This document shows positions 36,689 through 49,345 of a DNA stretch of 64,000 bases, one piece after another. Below the pieces are notes generated by a model that saw nothing but the letters and a program-made list of their open reading frames with translations, did not search any database and had not been told where the DNA came from. The stretch lies in the NCBI GenBank assembly GCA_965602015.1, contig OZ271918.1, forward strand, positions 1,792,001-1,856,000, in the 5' to 3' direction. The position numbers were made by a program, and so were the translations under genes. The stretch's first letter is position 1. Every line of letters begins with the position of its first letter. The stretch is from Salinispira sp. Its GTDB lineage: Bacteria > Spirochaetota > Spirochaetia > DSM-27196 > Salinispiraceae.

Positions 36689-37894
36689 CTACTGTTCAGC
36701 GGTATTTACCTGCCAGCCGTCAAAGTCCTCTCCGAGAATTATGGTGATGTCAATTTCCGGATTATCCGCTAACGGAGTTCCATCGAGAATATTATCCGCG
36801 CTGATAAGCTCCCCCACTCTGCGGGCCACATCGGAGTTTCCCGCCCGGTCGATGATGATGGTGTTGATATAATCATTTCGATCGGCATTTCCAATCCGCA
36901 GGACCTCGAAACCGAAATTCTGGTACAGGTCCTGGGTACGGGCAGCCAGACCGTTCCGGTCCGTGCCGTTCAGCACCTCAATGGTGGTCGACAAGGCCGC
37001 GCTGTAGGCAGCCTCGGGGGCGCCGAGATTCCCCAGCACCTGGACTATTGAATCCCGAAGCAGCTGCCCCTCAAAATGGGGAAACAGTATGGGCTGCTGA
37101 CCTTGACTGGTTTCAACTTGCCGTTCATTTCCCAGAATTCGCTGGGTTATCATGTTATCGATTTCCAGACGGGGAAAGATTTCGATAAAAGCAGCCGACG
37201 CCTCGTTTTCGAAACTCGCAGACAGGTGCCGGATATAGCGGTTTCGAATCGAATCATTTTGATATAAAAGCTGATATTCCGAGCTGGAGCGTATCAGTTC
37301 CCGTAGAAATGTCCAGCGTCTGCTGATCCACTCGAGCTCCCGTTCATCCTCACCCTCATAAGCGATGTACGATCGGATGTTGTCGCCGTCGAGTAAAACG
37401 TTTCCCCCGGGGATGCGGATGACGGTATCTTCGCTAATCTCCTCTATCGGAAGGGGGAGGAAAACTGAAACTCCTTCAATGGTATCAACGAGCACCGAAA
37501 CATCATCCAAATCCAGATCGAGATAGAAGTCAATCTCCAGGTTCAGAATTGAGGAAAGGGTAAGGGCAAGTTGTTCAGCCCCGAGCTCGGCATATAAATT
37601 ATCGAGACGGTCCACCCTGCCAAGAGCAGGGATGATGGCCCCGAGCTTGCGGGGAATATCATACACCGCGAAGTTATTCGTATTACTGTCGATGAGCAAA
37701 AGCTGGCCGGAAATCAGCCGCTCTTCTTCGCTGAACAGTACCAACACCGGCACCTGGGGATTCTCGGCAATTCTGGCGGTGAAGCTGTCGGTTTGCACGC
37801 TGATCAGAATTACGGCGGTAACGCCGGCGAGAATAACGACTATTCCCAGAATAACGAATACCGCGGGATCCACCCGTTTTTGATTTCTAGGCAC
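36689..37894 (-). CDS. LCP (LytR-CpsA-Psr) family protein with LytR C-terminal domain
   Basis: TM anchor, DIPR, LVDTIEGV, IEVLNGT..NGLAA, DITIILGEDF; GTG 37894 chosen as start. Confidence 0.85.
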   Translation of the reverse strand: MPRNQKRVDPAVFVILGIVVILAGVTAVILISVQTDSFTARIAENPQVPVLVLFSEEERLISGQLLLIDSNTNNFAVYDIPRKLGAIIPALGRVDRLDNLYAELGAEQLALTLSSILNLEIDFYLDLDLDDVSVLVDTIEGVSVFLPLPIEEISEDTVIRIPGGNVLLDGDNIRSYIAYEGEDERELEWISRRWTFLRELIRSSSEYQLLYQNDSIRNRYIRHLSASFENEASAAFIEIFPRLEIDNMITQRILGNERQVETSQGQQPILFPHFEGQLLRDSIVQVLGNLGAPEAAYSAALSTTIEVLNGTDRNGLAARTQDLYQNFGFEVLRIGNADRNDYINTIIIDRAGNSDVARRVGELISADNILDGTPLADNPEIDITIILGEDFDGWQVNTAEQ

Positions 37895-38487
37895 GAAGCT
37901 CTCCTTGGGCACTGTACACTTCCGGAATCTGCAGGCCGGCCATTTTCCTGGCGTACACGTGAAGTTCATGGGTCTGGGGGCTTTTTTTCTTCCCCCGGGC
38001 CTTGGCGTGCTCGTTTACCGCAAGAACCATTTCCCACGGAGGCAGGGACTTCACCTTCTGACGAAATTCCCCGGTAGTGTACTTCCTGCCGGGCTCCAGA
38101 TAATCGCTCACAAAAAGCAGTATGCCGGTCATGTCCATTCCCGCCCGCCCCAGAGTGTGGTCCTCCAGGGCTGAAAGCATGGACTTGTTCCGAATTCCGA
38201 AATTCCTGTTGACCAGAATGGCGGCGCATCTCCCGTGTAGCAGCATCGGCTTTTCCAGTTCCATGGGATTCGGCGCATAGCCGACGGACCGAACCAGCTC
38301 GAGATACTGCTCGTCCCGCCATTCCCGGACCATGTCGTGGGACAGACCGAGGAATCGGGCCCTCACCGGGCTCACGGCAAAGGTGGGGGCCAATTCGACA
38401 CAGGTTGCGGTAACCCGGTGAATATGCTCATAACGCTCCGGCGAGCAGTTTGCGAGCAGGAAGCGATCCAGCCTCTTGATACGGGGT

Positions 38488-40234
<1,747 letters not shown>

Positions 40235-40296
40235 TCACGTGCGCTGTCCTTTTCGCCGTAACTCGGTTGAGTGAGGACGGGAACGGATGCAGGCGC

Positions 40297-40328
40297 AAAA
40301 AAGCCCGGCGGCATCTGCCATCCGGGCT
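40297..40328 (-). terminator. Terminator after rpmA
   Basis: AGCCCGG/CCGGGCT stem with a T run on the minus strand. Confidence 0.65.
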
Positions 40329-40378
40329 GGACAGTCCGGAGACAAGCTCCGGACGGGGTTTCGTTCGGCGGTATGCTG

Positions 40379-40633
40379 TTATTCGGCAGCGTTGATGCTG
40401 ACGAATTTACGTCCGCGCTTCTCGCTGAACTCAACGGTTCCCTGTGCGGTTGCGAACAGGGTGTCGTCCTTGCCCCGGCCGACATTAATGCCGGGATGGA
40501 TTTTGGTGCCCCGCTGGCGCACGATGATTTCGCCGGCTTTGACCAGCTGTCCGCCGTAGCGCTTTACGCCGAGGCGCTTACTTTGTGAATCGCGGCCGTT
40601 CTTCGTACTACCGCCACCCTTCTTATGAGCCAT
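40379..40633 (-). CDS. rpmA: 50S ribosomal protein L27
   Basis: [22 protein letters not shown]. Confidence 0.99.
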   Translation of the reverse strand: MAHKKGGGSTKNGRDSQSKRLGVKRYGGQLVKAGEIIVRQRGTKIHPGINVGRGKDDTLFATAQGTVEFSEKRGRKFVSINAAE

Positions 40634-40985
40634 AGCTATCTCCCTTATGTTCTTCTGCGGTTCTCAAGAATTCGATTTGATCGGGATAATCCCGTCGAAC
40701 ATCCTCAAGCCCCTGGGCGAGCATGTCGGTGAGCCCCCGAAGCCACTCTTCGGCATTCTCATCCACATGCCCGACCCGCATCGCAATATCACCGGGCTGA
40801 AACCGTATCAGCTCGATGCTCACACAATCAGATTTTTCAACCAGCGTCCCCATGCTTCGAATAAGCGCGCTTACCGCCGCACAGGAAATGCTGACCCGGG
40901 CTTCCGGGTTGTCAACCGATCCGTGACCCGAGGATTCGAACCGGCTGATGATTCCGCGGATTGTGGCGAGCGTGCACCGAATCAC
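40623..40985 (-). CDS. prp: Ribosomal-processing cysteine protease Prp-like (YsxB)
   Basis: SGH and CAAVS motifs; position between rplU and rpmA. Confidence 0.8.
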   Translation of the reverse strand: MIRCTLATIRGIISRFESSGHGSVDNPEARVSISCAAVSALIRSMGTLVEKSDCVSIELIRFQPGDIAMRVGHVDENAEEWLRGLTDMLAQGLEDVRRDYPDQIEFLRTAEEHKGDSYGS

Positions 40986-40998
40986 CGCGCTGTACTTC

Positions 40999-41358
40999 CT
41001 ACTCTTCGCCCTTTTCTTCGGTCTTCTTAGCAGACGCCTTTTTGGCGGCGGCTTTTACATCGGTAACCTTGATGATGGAATACTGCTGACGGTGCCCCTG
41101 CTTGCTCATGGAGTCCTTGCGGCGGCGGTACTTGAACACGATGACTTTTTTGTCCTTGCCGTGTTCAACGACCTCGGCAGCTACCTTAGCGCCGGAGACA
41201 TAAGGGGTACCGATTTTAACATCGCCTTCGGAGCCAACAAGCAGAACAGAGTCGAATTCTACTTTCTTGCCGGCTTCTTCTGCGAGTCTATCAACTTTTA
41301 GCAGGGCGTCTTTCTCAGCCTTGTACTGCTTGCCCTTGATTTCAACCATTGCGTACAT
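40999..41358 (-). CDS. rplU: 50S ribosomal protein L21
   Basis: MYAMVEIKGKQYK; VFKYRRRK....KQGHRQ. Confidence 0.99.
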   Translation of the reverse strand: MYAMVEIKGKQYKAEKDALLKVDRLAEEAGKKVEFDSVLLVGSEGDVKIGTPYVSGAKVAAEVVEHGKDKKVIVFKYRRRKDSMSKQGHRQQYSIIKVTDVKAAAKKASAKKTEEKGEE

Positions 41359-41451
41359 ATTTTGGTCCCTTACAATTTAAATATTTTGAGGAACAATATT
41401 TAGCAGATCGGGGAGCATAAGTCAATAGAAAGCAAAAATTAAAAAGAGTGC

Positions 41452-41477
41452 GCAACCGGATCGGCCGGTCAGACGTA
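41452..41477 (+). promoter_or_regulatory. ECF-type promoter (GCAACC-16 nt-CGTA)
   Basis: AAC/CGT motif directly upstream of the ECF sigma gene. Confidence 0.55.
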
Positions 41478-41489
41478 TACTACCAGCAG

Positions 41490-41978
41490 ATGGACAACTT
41501 TGAGACGGTCTGGAAAACATACTATCCAAAACTCCGGGTGTACGGAAAGAGCTTTTCCGGGCTCACGGAGTCCGATATTGAGGATTGCATTCAGGATATT
41601 TTTATGACGCTGCATGAAAAAAGGGATGGGTATAATCCCCGCTATGCGTTTTCAACCTGGCTGTACCGAATTGCTCGAAACCGCTTTATTGATTACACCA
41701 GAAGCGCTGCAAGGCGGGTGCCCCTTGAAGTTCCGCAGTGCCTCCACACCGGTCCTGATGCCGCAGCTTCCCGGGACGCAGCCATCGATCTCACCCGCGC
41801 TATGGCCAAGCTGAGCGATACCCAGCGGGAGCTGTTTTACTGGCATTATGCGGAAAACTACAGCTTGGCAGAAATTTCTGCCATATGCGGGCGAAGCATG
41901 TCCGGCATAAAAAGCCAATTATTTCGGGGAAGAAAGTTGCTCGCGTCCGAGTTGGAGGATGACTATGGATATAAATAA
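41490..41978 (+). CDS. ECF sigma-70 factor
   Basis: EDCIQDIF, FSTWLYRIARN, SLAEIS...IKSQLFRGR; ATG 41490 preferred. Confidence 0.92.
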   Translation: MDNFETVWKTYYPKLRVYGKSFSGLTESDIEDCIQDIFMTLHEKRDGYNPRYAFSTWLYRIARNRFIDYTRSAARRVPLEVPQCLHTGPDAAASRDAAIDLTRAMAKLSDTQRELFYWHYAENYSLAEISAICGRSMSGIKSQLFRGRKLLASELEDDYGYK

Positions 41979-42351
41979 ACGCCTTTCCGACTATTACCGC
42001 AATGAAATCAAGCGCGCCGGTCCCGCCCCCGCCATGCCTCCGGATTTTGCGGAAACACCCGACAAGGGTGCATTTGAGCGGCGCCGATTACAAAGCCGCA
42101 GGCATCCGTCGGTGGCTCGGTTACGGCCGGGAGGAAAATCCCGGACCGACGGGATTCTCGCTGCTGCCGCCGCAATCCTTTTATTTGCAGTGGGCATTGG
42201 CGAATGGGAAATGAGCCCTCCCCCGTGGGCAGTCGATGCCAGCCGGCAGCGATTACATATTTACGAGGTCAATAAAACGGTTAACTCTGCGCTTGAGCTT
42301 GCGGCCGAAGCCTGGCAAAGCAGGGTAATCAAAAGGAGCAATAAAAAATGA
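41959..42351 (+). CDS. Single-TM protein, putative anti-sigma factor
   Basis: Overlaps the sigma gene; LAAAAAILLFAVG TM segment. Confidence 0.6.
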   Translation: MTMDINKRLSDYYRNEIKRAGPAPAMPPDFAETPDKGAFERRRLQSRRHPSVARLRPGGKSRTDGILAAAAAILLFAVGIGEWEMSPPPWAVDASRQRLHIYEVNKTVNSALELAAEAWQSRVIKRSNKK

Positions 42352-42809
42352 AGGTTTCACAATGGATTTTTGGAGCCCTGGTGGTCGCCCTGGTTTTTGG
42401 CACCGTGTGGGTAACGGGCGTGGGAATCGCCTACTACATTGATATTCCCAGTGCGATAATTATTTTTGTCGGGGGCTACTGCATCAGTCTCATGAGCCAC
42501 GGCGCTGCGGGCCTGTCACAGGGATACCGACTCGGAGCAGGTAAGAAACTCACCAGTATATCATCCGGGGAGATTGCCCGGGCGGCCTCGGTACTGCGGG
42601 GCTTGGGGAGGAATTTTATCTATCTGGCGATATTCGGCATGCTCATGGGACTCATCGCAATTCTGACCCATCTCGCGCCGAGCGAACAGATGGCAAAAGG
42701 GCTGGCGACACTGATTATCGTCTCATTGTATGCCTCGGCGGGAAACTTTCTCTTGGTCCTGCCGTTCAGACACCGGCTCGAGGCGGAGCTGGAGGGCAGA
42801 AGAAGCTAA
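42348..42809 (+). CDS. Short MotA/TolQ/ExbB-like membrane protein
   Basis: 4 TM helices; IDIPSAIIIFVGG, GMLMGLIAIL, GLATLIIVSLYA. Confidence 0.6.
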   Translation: MKVSQWIFGALVVALVFGTVWVTGVGIAYYIDIPSAIIIFVGGYCISLMSHGAAGLSQGYRLGAGKKLTSISSGEIARAASVLRGLGRNFIYLAIFGMLMGLIAILTHLAPSEQMAKGLATLIIVSLYASAGNFLLVLPFRHRLEAELEGRRS

Positions 42810-42838
42810 AAAAAACGCCGGGGCTGACAGCCCCGGCG
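42808..42838 (-). terminator. Terminator between convergent gltD and ECF operon
   Basis: CGCCGGGGCT-GAC-AGCCCCGGCG stem with an A run on the plus side. Confidence 0.8.
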
Positions 42839-42857
42839 GTTCTCCTTTGTGAGCAGC

Positions 42858-44324
42858 TTATCCCCGCAGGTTGCTGGAACCATTGAGGTAGATATCAATG
42901 GCCTTCGCAGCCCCGCGCCCTTCATTTATCGCCCATACGATCAGACTTTGTCCGCGCCGTGCATCCCCTGCAGCGAATACCTTGTCGATGCTCGTGGCAT
43001 ACTGACCGTACTCTGCCTTGAAATTACTGCGTTGATCGGTTTCCAGTTCGAGTTCCTCGGCCAGGTACTGTTCCGGACCGAGGAATCCAAGGGCAAGGAA
43101 AACAAGATCTGCTTCCCAGGTTTCTTCGCTCCCGGGAATTTCCTCGAAGCTTGGCCGCTCGCCGGGTTTTTTGCTCCACTTCACCCGGACAGTTTTTAAG
43201 GCTTTTAGATTGCCCTCTTCATCACCGACAAATTCCTTGGTGAGGATATCGTACTCCCTGGGGTCCCGGCCGAAGGCATTTTCCGCCTCCTGATGTCCGT
43301 AATCCGACTTTTCAAGCCTCGGATAGGTCGGCCAGGGCTGAGACGCATCGCGGAGCTTGGGCGGACGGCTGAGCAGCTCAAAGTTTATCACGCTGATGGC
43401 GCCATGCCGGACAGAGGTTCCAATGCAGTCGTTGCCCGTATCCCCGCCGCCGATGACAACGACTTTTTTGCCCTTGGCGGATATGTACTGTCCGTCGGAA
43501 AGCCGGGAGTTCAAAAGACTCTTGGTGTTCGCAGTGAGAAAATCCATGGCGAAGTGCACGCCGTTCAATTCCCTGCCGGGGACCGGCAGGTCCCGGGGTT
43601 TTGTCGCCCCGGCGGCAAGCAACACTGCGTCATGGTTTTCCCGAAGTTCGGATGACGAAATGTCAACGCCCACATTCACTCCGGTACGAAATTCAACGCC
43701 TTCCTCGGCCATCAGATTGACCCGCCGTTCTACAACGGTTTTATCGAGCTTCATGTTGGGTATGCCGTACATTAGAAGGCCCCCGATTCTGTCTGCCCGC
43801 TCGTATACTGTTACGGTATATCCGGCCTGATTTAACTCATCTGCAGCGGCCAGACCCGCGGGTCCCGAACCGACAACCGCCACAGTTTTCCCGTTGCGAT
43901 AGCGCGGCGGCCGGGGCTGAACGAGCCCTGAAGTCCATGCCCGGTCGATTATTGCGGCTTCATTGTCCTTGATGGTCACCGCGGGCTCGTTTATGCCCAG
44001 CACGCATGCGGTTTCGCAGGGTGCGGGGCAGACTCTCCCGGTGAACTCCGGGAAGTTATTGGTGAGTCTGAGCCGCCAGTATGCCTCTTCCCAACGGCCG
44101 TGATACACCAAATCGTTCCACTCGGGAATCAGGTTGTGAACGGGGCAGCCGTAACTGGATTGACAGAAGGGCACGCCGCAGTCCATGCAGCGGGCCCCCT
44201 GCTCCTGACGCTTTTTATCATCGTGCTCTATCTGGAATTCATCAAAGTCCCGGGAGCGCTCCTCAGGATTTCTCCATCGGACCTTGTCGCGTTCTATTTC
44301 TAAAAAACCGGTGGGCTTACCCAT
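42858..44324 (-). CDS. gltD: Glutamate synthase small subunit
   Basis: [32 protein letters not shown]. Confidence 0.97.
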   Translation of the reverse strand: MGKPTGFLEIERDKVRWRNPEERSRDFDEFQIEHDDKKRQEQGARCMDCGVPFCQSSYGCPVHNLIPEWNDLVYHGRWEEAYWRLRLTNNFPEFTGRVCPAPCETACVLGINEPAVTIKDNEAAIIDRAWTSGLVQPRPPRYRNGKTVAVVGSGPAGLAAADELNQAGYTVTVYERADRIGGLLMYGIPNMKLDKTVVERRVNLMAEEGVEFRTGVNVGVDISSSELRENHDAVLLAAGATKPRDLPVPGRELNGVHFAMDFLTANTKSLLNSRLSDGQYISAKGKKVVVIGGGDTGNDCIGTSVRHGAISVINFELLSRPPKLRDASQPWPTYPRLEKSDYGHQEAENAFGRDPREYDILTKEFVGDEEGNLKALKTVRVKWSKKPGERPSFEEIPGSEETWEADLVFLALGFLGPEQYLAEELELETDQRSNFKAEYGQYATSIDKVFAAGDARRGQSLIVWAINEGRGAAKAIDIYLNGSSNLRG

Positions 44325-47300
44325 GAACGGCCTCCTTGCTCGCTGTTTTCGCCGTCGCCGATACCTGGGACGCATCCCGTTGGACGCGCATCTCCAGGAC
44401 CCGACGGTATGCCGGACTGATCACCTTGACGAACCGGGCGGTCTCTGTTTCCCAGTTATCGAGGATTTCCTGTGCCCGGGCGGAACCGGTCCAATCCAGG
44501 TGTTCCTCAATAAGGGCCCGCACCTGAGCTATTTCGTCCTTGTCCTGATCGGCCAAGGAGAATAGCTCGATCATGCCGGGATTGATGTTTTGCTCAAACT
44601 CGCCCTCGGGGTTCCAGATATATGCGATTCCCCCTGACATGCCGGCGCCGAAATTCCGTCCGGTTTTTCCGAGAATTACTGCCCGGCCTCCGGTCATGTA
44701 CTCACATCCGTGGTCTCCCACGCCCTCGATAACAACCTCGGCGCCGGAGTTCCTCACACAGAAGCGCTCGGCGGCCATGCCCCGGATAAAGGCCTTGCCC
44801 CTGATGGCGCCGTACAGCGCCACATTTCCGATGATGATGTTGTCTTCGGCCTTAAAAACCGAGTGTTTCGGCGGATAGATGCTGACGGTTCCCCCCGAAA
44901 GGCCCTTGCCGACATAGTCGTTGGCGTCGCCTTCCAGCTCAAGAGTTACGCCGTGAGCGAGCCAGGCGGCAAAGCTCTGCCCCGCATGGCCCTTGAGCTT
45001 GATGTCCAGGGTGTTGTCTGGTAATCCGGCCAAACCGTAGCGCCTGGCGATTTCGTGGCTGAGCATGGTTCCCGCTGCCCGGTCGGTGTTGCGGATGCTC
45101 AGCTCGAGGTTCGTTTTGCGCTTTAAATTGATGGCGAGCTTTGAGAGCTCGATCAGACGGCGGTCAAGCACATGCTCTATGCCGTGCTCCTGGGGGATGC
45201 AGCAGATTGTGCCGCTCTTTGCCCGTTGGTTCATGGGCGGATTAAGCACTGCGGACAGATCGATGCCCTGGCTCTTCCAGTTTCGGACCGCCTCGTCTGA
45301 TTCGACCAAATCAACCCGGCCTACCAGCTCGTCAATGCTTCGAACGCCGAGGCTGGCCATCAACTCCCGGGTCTCCTCCGCGATGAAACGGAAAAAATTA
45401 ACCACGTGCTGGGGGTCGCCGGCGAATTTTTTTCGAAGCCTCTCGTCCTGAGTGGCCACGCCGACGGGACAGGTGTTTTTCTGACACTTGCGCATCATGA
45501 TGCAGCCCATGGTAATTAAGGCGCTGGTCGCAAAGCCGAACTCCTCGGCGCCAAGAATTGCAGCAATGACCACGTCCCGTCCGGTTTTGAGCTGACCGTC
45601 GGTCTGCAGCACTACCCGGCTTCTGAGGTCATTCATCACCAGCGTCTGGTGGGTCTCCGCAATGCCCAGTTCCCATGGCAGACCGGCGTGTTTTATGCCG
45701 GTCAAGGGGCTGGCGCCGGTTCCGCCGTCATGCCCGGAGATGAGAATATGGTCCGCGTGGCCTTTGGCAACTCCCGCAGCTATGGTTCCCACCCCGACTT
45801 TTGAAACCAGCTTAACGCTGATCCGCGCCTTGGGATTTGAGTTTTTCAAATCGAAGATGAGCTGGGCCAGGTCTTCGATGGAGTAAATATCGTGATGAGG
45901 CGGCGGACTTATCAGACCGACACCGGGAGTGGTGTGCCGGGTATTGGCGATTACTTCGAATACCTTATGTCCCGGAAGTTCCCCGCCCTCGCCGGGCTTC
46001 GCGCCCTGAGCCATTTTTATCTGAATTTCATCGGCATTTGCCAGGTACTCGTTGGTTACCCCGAAACGGCCCGAAGCCACCTGTTTAATGGCCGATCGCT
46101 TGCTGTCGCCGTTCGGCAACGGCGTGAAGCGGCTGGTCATTTCACCGCCCTCGCCGGTATTCGATTTCCCGCCGATTCGGTTCATGGCGATTGCCAGCGT
46201 TTCATGGGCCTCCTGGCTGATGGAACCAAAACTCATTGCACCGCTGGCAAAGCGCGTGAGAATTTCTTCAACAGGCTGCACTTCATCCAGCGGAATGGGC
46301 TCGAGACCGTCCTTGAATTTTAACATACCCCGCAGGGTGTACTGATTTTTGCTGCGCTGATTCTGCCGTTGGCTGAACTGGCTGAACATCGCCCGGTCAT
46401 TATTGCGCACCGCAATCTGCAGGCTGGCGATGGATTCGGCGTCCCACATATGTCCTTCGCCGCCGTGCCGGACCGAATAGTCACCGGGATTCAAATACTC
46501 ATCTCCGACGGTCGGATTTCCGCTTGGAAAGGCCAAATCATGTCGGCGTTGGCATTCCTCGGCTATTTGGCCGAATCCCGCCCCTTCTATACGGCTTGAG
46601 GTTCCGGTAAAGCATTTTTCTACGACTTCAGTGGCCAGTCCAACTGCTTCGAATATTTGGGCCCCTTTATAGGATTCCAGGGTGGAGATGCCCATTTTGC
46701 CAAATACCTTTTGCATGCCGTACTCAATGGCCCTCAGGTAATCGTCTGCGATTTTTTCCCGGCTCAACTCTCCGTCCAGGAGTTCGTCATCCTGCATTTT
46801 CCACATGGCCTCGAAGGCCAAATAGGGGTTAATCGCGTCGGCGCCGAAACCAGTGAGGGTACAAAAATGATGTACCTCCCGGGGCTCGGCGGATTCGAGA
46901 ACCAGGCCGATCTGGGTGCGTTTATGCTGATTTACCAGATACTGATGCACAGCTCCAACCGCCAGGAGGGCGGGAATAGGAATTGCGCTGCGGCCGGCTT
47001 CCCTGTCGGATAATATAACCAGCGAATACCCCTCTCTGATGGCCTGTTCGGCCTCGTTGCAGATTCTGTCCAGAGCACTGATCAGGCCGGATTTTCCAGA
47101 GCGCACAGGATAGCTAATGTCTATGGTGCGGCTTTTCCAGCCGCGGTAATCGATGGATTTGAGGGCCGCAAGCTGATCGTTTGTGATCACCGGCTCTTCG
47201 AGCATAAGACGGTGGGCATGGGCCTCGCCGGGCTCCAGGATGTTCCCCTCCGGTCCGATATAACTCTTCAGGCTCATAATTACCGACTCCCGTACCGAGT

Positions 47301-48897
47301 CGATAGGCGGATTGGTGACTTGAGCAAAGAGCTGCTTGAAATAATCGTACAGCATCCTCGGGTTATCACTGAGAACCGCCAAAGGAGCGTCATTACCCAT
47401 GGAACCCAGGGGCTCCTTGGCCAATTCAGCCATAGGCTTGAGCACTTCCAGCAGATGTTCCCAGGTGAAGCCGTTGAGCTTCAGCCGTTGAAGCAGGCTG
47501 CGCTCATCCAGGTCGGCCACCTCTTGGGGAACGGGAATCTCTCCTATGGTAAGACGCTGGGACTCAAGCCATTGGCCGTAGGGCTTGGCCGCGCTGTAAC
47601 GGGCTTTTAATTCTTCATCGTCGATTATCCGGCCTTCATCGAAATTTACCAGGAACATCCGGCCGGGCTGCAGCCTGCCCTTTGCGGTGATCTTCTCTTC
47701 GGGGATATCGAGAACACCGACCTCGGAGGCCATGACGACCACATCGTCGTCGGTGACGTAGTAGCGGCTCGGCCTCAGGCCGTTTCTGTCCAGGGTGGCG
47801 CCGATGTAGCTTCCGTCGGTAAATACAATAGAAGCCGGCCCGTCCCAGGGTTCCATCATGGTTGAGAAGTACTCGTACATGGCCTTTTTCTTCTGGTCCA
47901 TGGTGGGATGGCGCTGCCAGGCTTCAGGGATCATCATCATGACTGCTTCGGGCAACTCTCTGCCCGTCATGATAAGCAGTTCGAGCACGTTGTCGAAATT
48001 CCCCGAGTCCGATAGGTCAGGTTCATTCACCGGAAAACTGCTTTCCAGGCGTTCTCCGAAATCACTGCTTCGCAGAGTGCCCTCCCGGCTCCGCATTTTG
48101 TTCACATTGCCGCGAAGCGTGTTTATTTCGCCGTTATGGCTCATATAGCGCAGAGGTTGGGCCCGGTCCCAGCTGGGAAACGTATTGGTGGAGAACCGGC
48201 TATGAACCATCGCCAGGTGGGAGGCAAAGCCCTCATCCTCCAGGTCGGGAAAGTAATGGAAGAGCTGTTCGGGCATGAGCATACCCTTGTACACCAAAAC
48301 CCTGGTAGAAAGACTGCATACGTAAAAGAAGTCTTCGGGATCAAACTCTTCGCTTCCCCGTACGAGATGGGTAATCCGTTTGCGCAGGAGAAAGAGGGCT
48401 TTTTCCAGATCATCCTGGCTGAGTCCCTCTGCGCTGATAAACGCAGTTTTAATAACCGGCTCCGAGGCCAGGGCCGACGGGCCGATCAGGGAATTGTCGG
48501 TGGGCACATCGCGCCACCCGAGCAGTTTTACCCCTTCCTCCTTCGCAATGAGCTCGAATTCACGAATACATTTGGCCCTGAGGGTATCTTCCTGGGGAAG
48601 AAAGATGAGGCCTGCACCGTAGCTGCCCGGTGCCGGCAGGCTTATGCCGGACTTTTTAGCGGCCCTGTGAAGAAAATCATGGGGCATAGCAGTCAGGATT
48701 CCCGCCCCGTCACCGGTATTTTTTTCAGAACCGACAGCTCCCCGGTGAGTCATTCGAATGAGGATTTCTTCGGCGTCTTTTACTATTTTATGGCTTGCCT
48801 TCCCGTTGATATGGGCAATAAAACCCACACCGCAGGCATCGTGCTCAAATTGAGGATCGTACAGCCCCTGCTTTTTCGGACGTTGTCTGAATACCAT
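44317..48897 (-). CDS. gltB: Glutamate synthase large subunit
   Basis: [41 protein letters not shown]. Confidence 0.99.
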   Translation of the reverse strand: MVFRQRPKKQGLYDPQFEHDACGVGFIAHINGKASHKIVKDAEEILIRMTHRGAVGSEKNTGDGAGILTAMPHDFLHRAAKKSGISLPAPGSYGAGLIFLPQEDTLRAKCIREFELIAKEEGVKLLGWRDVPTDNSLIGPSALASEPVIKTAFISAEGLSQDDLEKALFLLRKRITHLVRGSEEFDPEDFFYVCSLSTRVLVYKGMLMPEQLFHYFPDLEDEGFASHLAMVHSRFSTNTFPSWDRAQPLRYMSHNGEINTLRGNVNKMRSREGTLRSSDFGERLESSFPVNEPDLSDSGNFDNVLELLIMTGRELPEAVMMMIPEAWQRHPTMDQKKKAMYEYFSTMMEPWDGPASIVFTDGSYIGATLDRNGLRPSRYYVTDDDVVVMASEVGVLDIPEEKITAKGRLQPGRMFLVNFDEGRIIDDEELKARYSAAKPYGQWLESQRLTIGEIPVPQEVADLDERSLLQRLKLNGFTWEHLLEVLKPMAELAKEPLGSMGNDAPLAVLSDNPRMLYDYFKQLFAQVTNPPIDSVRESVIMSLKSYIGPEGNILEPGEAHAHRLMLEEPVITNDQLAALKSIDYRGWKSRTIDISYPVRSGKSGLISALDRICNEAEQAIREGYSLVILSDREAGRSAIPIPALLAVGAVHQYLVNQHKRTQIGLVLESAEPREVHHFCTLTGFGADAINPYLAFEAMWKMQDDELLDGELSREKIADDYLRAIEYGMQKVFGKMGISTLESYKGAQIFEAVGLATEVVEKCFTGTSSRIEGAGFGQIAEECQRRHDLAFPSGNPTVGDEYLNPGDYSVRHGGEGHMWDAESIASLQIAVRNNDRAMFSQFSQRQNQRSKNQYTLRGMLKFKDGLEPIPLDEVQPVEEILTRFASGAMSFGSISQEAHETLAIAMNRIGGKSNTGEGGEMTSRFTPLPNGDSKRSAIKQVASGRFGVTNEYLANADEIQIKMAQGAKPGEGGELPGHKVFEVIANTRHTTPGVGLISPPPHHDIYSIEDLAQLIFDLKNSNPKARISVKLVSKVGVGTIAAGVAKGHADHILISGHDGGTGASPLTGIKHAGLPWELGIAETHQTLVMNDLRSRVVLQTDGQLKTGRDVVIAAILGAEEFGFATSALITMGCIMMRKCQKNTCPVGVATQDERLRKKFAGDPQHVVNFFRFIAEETRELMASLGVRSIDELVGRVDLVESDEAVRNWKSQGIDLSAVLNPPMNQRAKSGTICCIPQEHGIEHVLDRRLIELSKLAINLKRKTNLELSIRNTDRAAGTMLSHEIARRYGLAGLPDNTLDIKLKGHAGQSFAAWLAHGVTLELEGDANDYVGKGLSGGTVSIYPPKHSVFKAEDNIIIGNVALYGAIRGKAFIRGMAAERFCVRNSGAEVVIEGVGDHGCEYMTGGRAVILGKTGRNFGAGMSGGIAYIWNPEGEFEQNINPGMIELFSLADQDKDEIAQVRALIEEHLDWTGSARAQEILDNWETETARFVKVISPAYRRVLEMRVQRDASQVSATAKTASKEAVHG

Positions 48898-48979
48898 GTC
48901 TACTCCTATATTCCGCAGCCATCGGATTCATGACATTTTCGTAGGCCGCAGACAGGTTTTTGGCTAAGTAGTTTAAAGA

Positions 48980-48995
48980 TGCAAAAATAATGCCA
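48980..48995 (-). promoter_or_regulatory. Sigma-54 (-24/-12) promoter of gltBD
   Basis: TGGCAT-TATTT-TTGCA, about 80 nt upstream of gltB. Confidence 0.75.
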
Positions 48996-49132
48996 AACAG
49001 ATGTTGACCGCGATAATATCCGAAAATACTCTTCGAGGTAAACAATTTCTCCCTGAAAAATCGATAAATATGCAAATAGTCGTCTATTTGTGCGAATTCT
49101 TACCGAAGTCGCGGGATTTTCCACAAATTCGT

Positions 49133-49167
49133 ACTACATTTTGGTAGGCAAGACTACCATTTGGTAG
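49133..49167. promoter_or_regulatory. Tandem palindromic sites, candidate enhancer (UAS)
   Basis: ACTACATTTTGGTAG (49133-49147) and ACTACCATTTGGTAG (49153-49167), 20-bp period. Confidence 0.55.
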
Positions 49168-49280
49168 ATTTTATAGCCATTGCCGGATAAAATAATATAA
49201 TTACTATATTTGCGCCAATTTATTTAGCACGATTAGTAAAATTGCGTAATGTTTTCTGTGTACATTGAGAATAAAAATAC

Positions 49281-49315
49281 AAAAAAAGCGGTGCATCGTA
49301 CATACGATGCACCGC
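49281..49315 (-). terminator. argS terminator
   Basis: GCGGTGCATCGTA / TACGATGCACCGC inverted repeat plus T7 on the minus strand. Confidence 0.85.
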
Positions 49316-49345
49316 CCTCTCTACAATACTGTTTTTTTATTGCGC

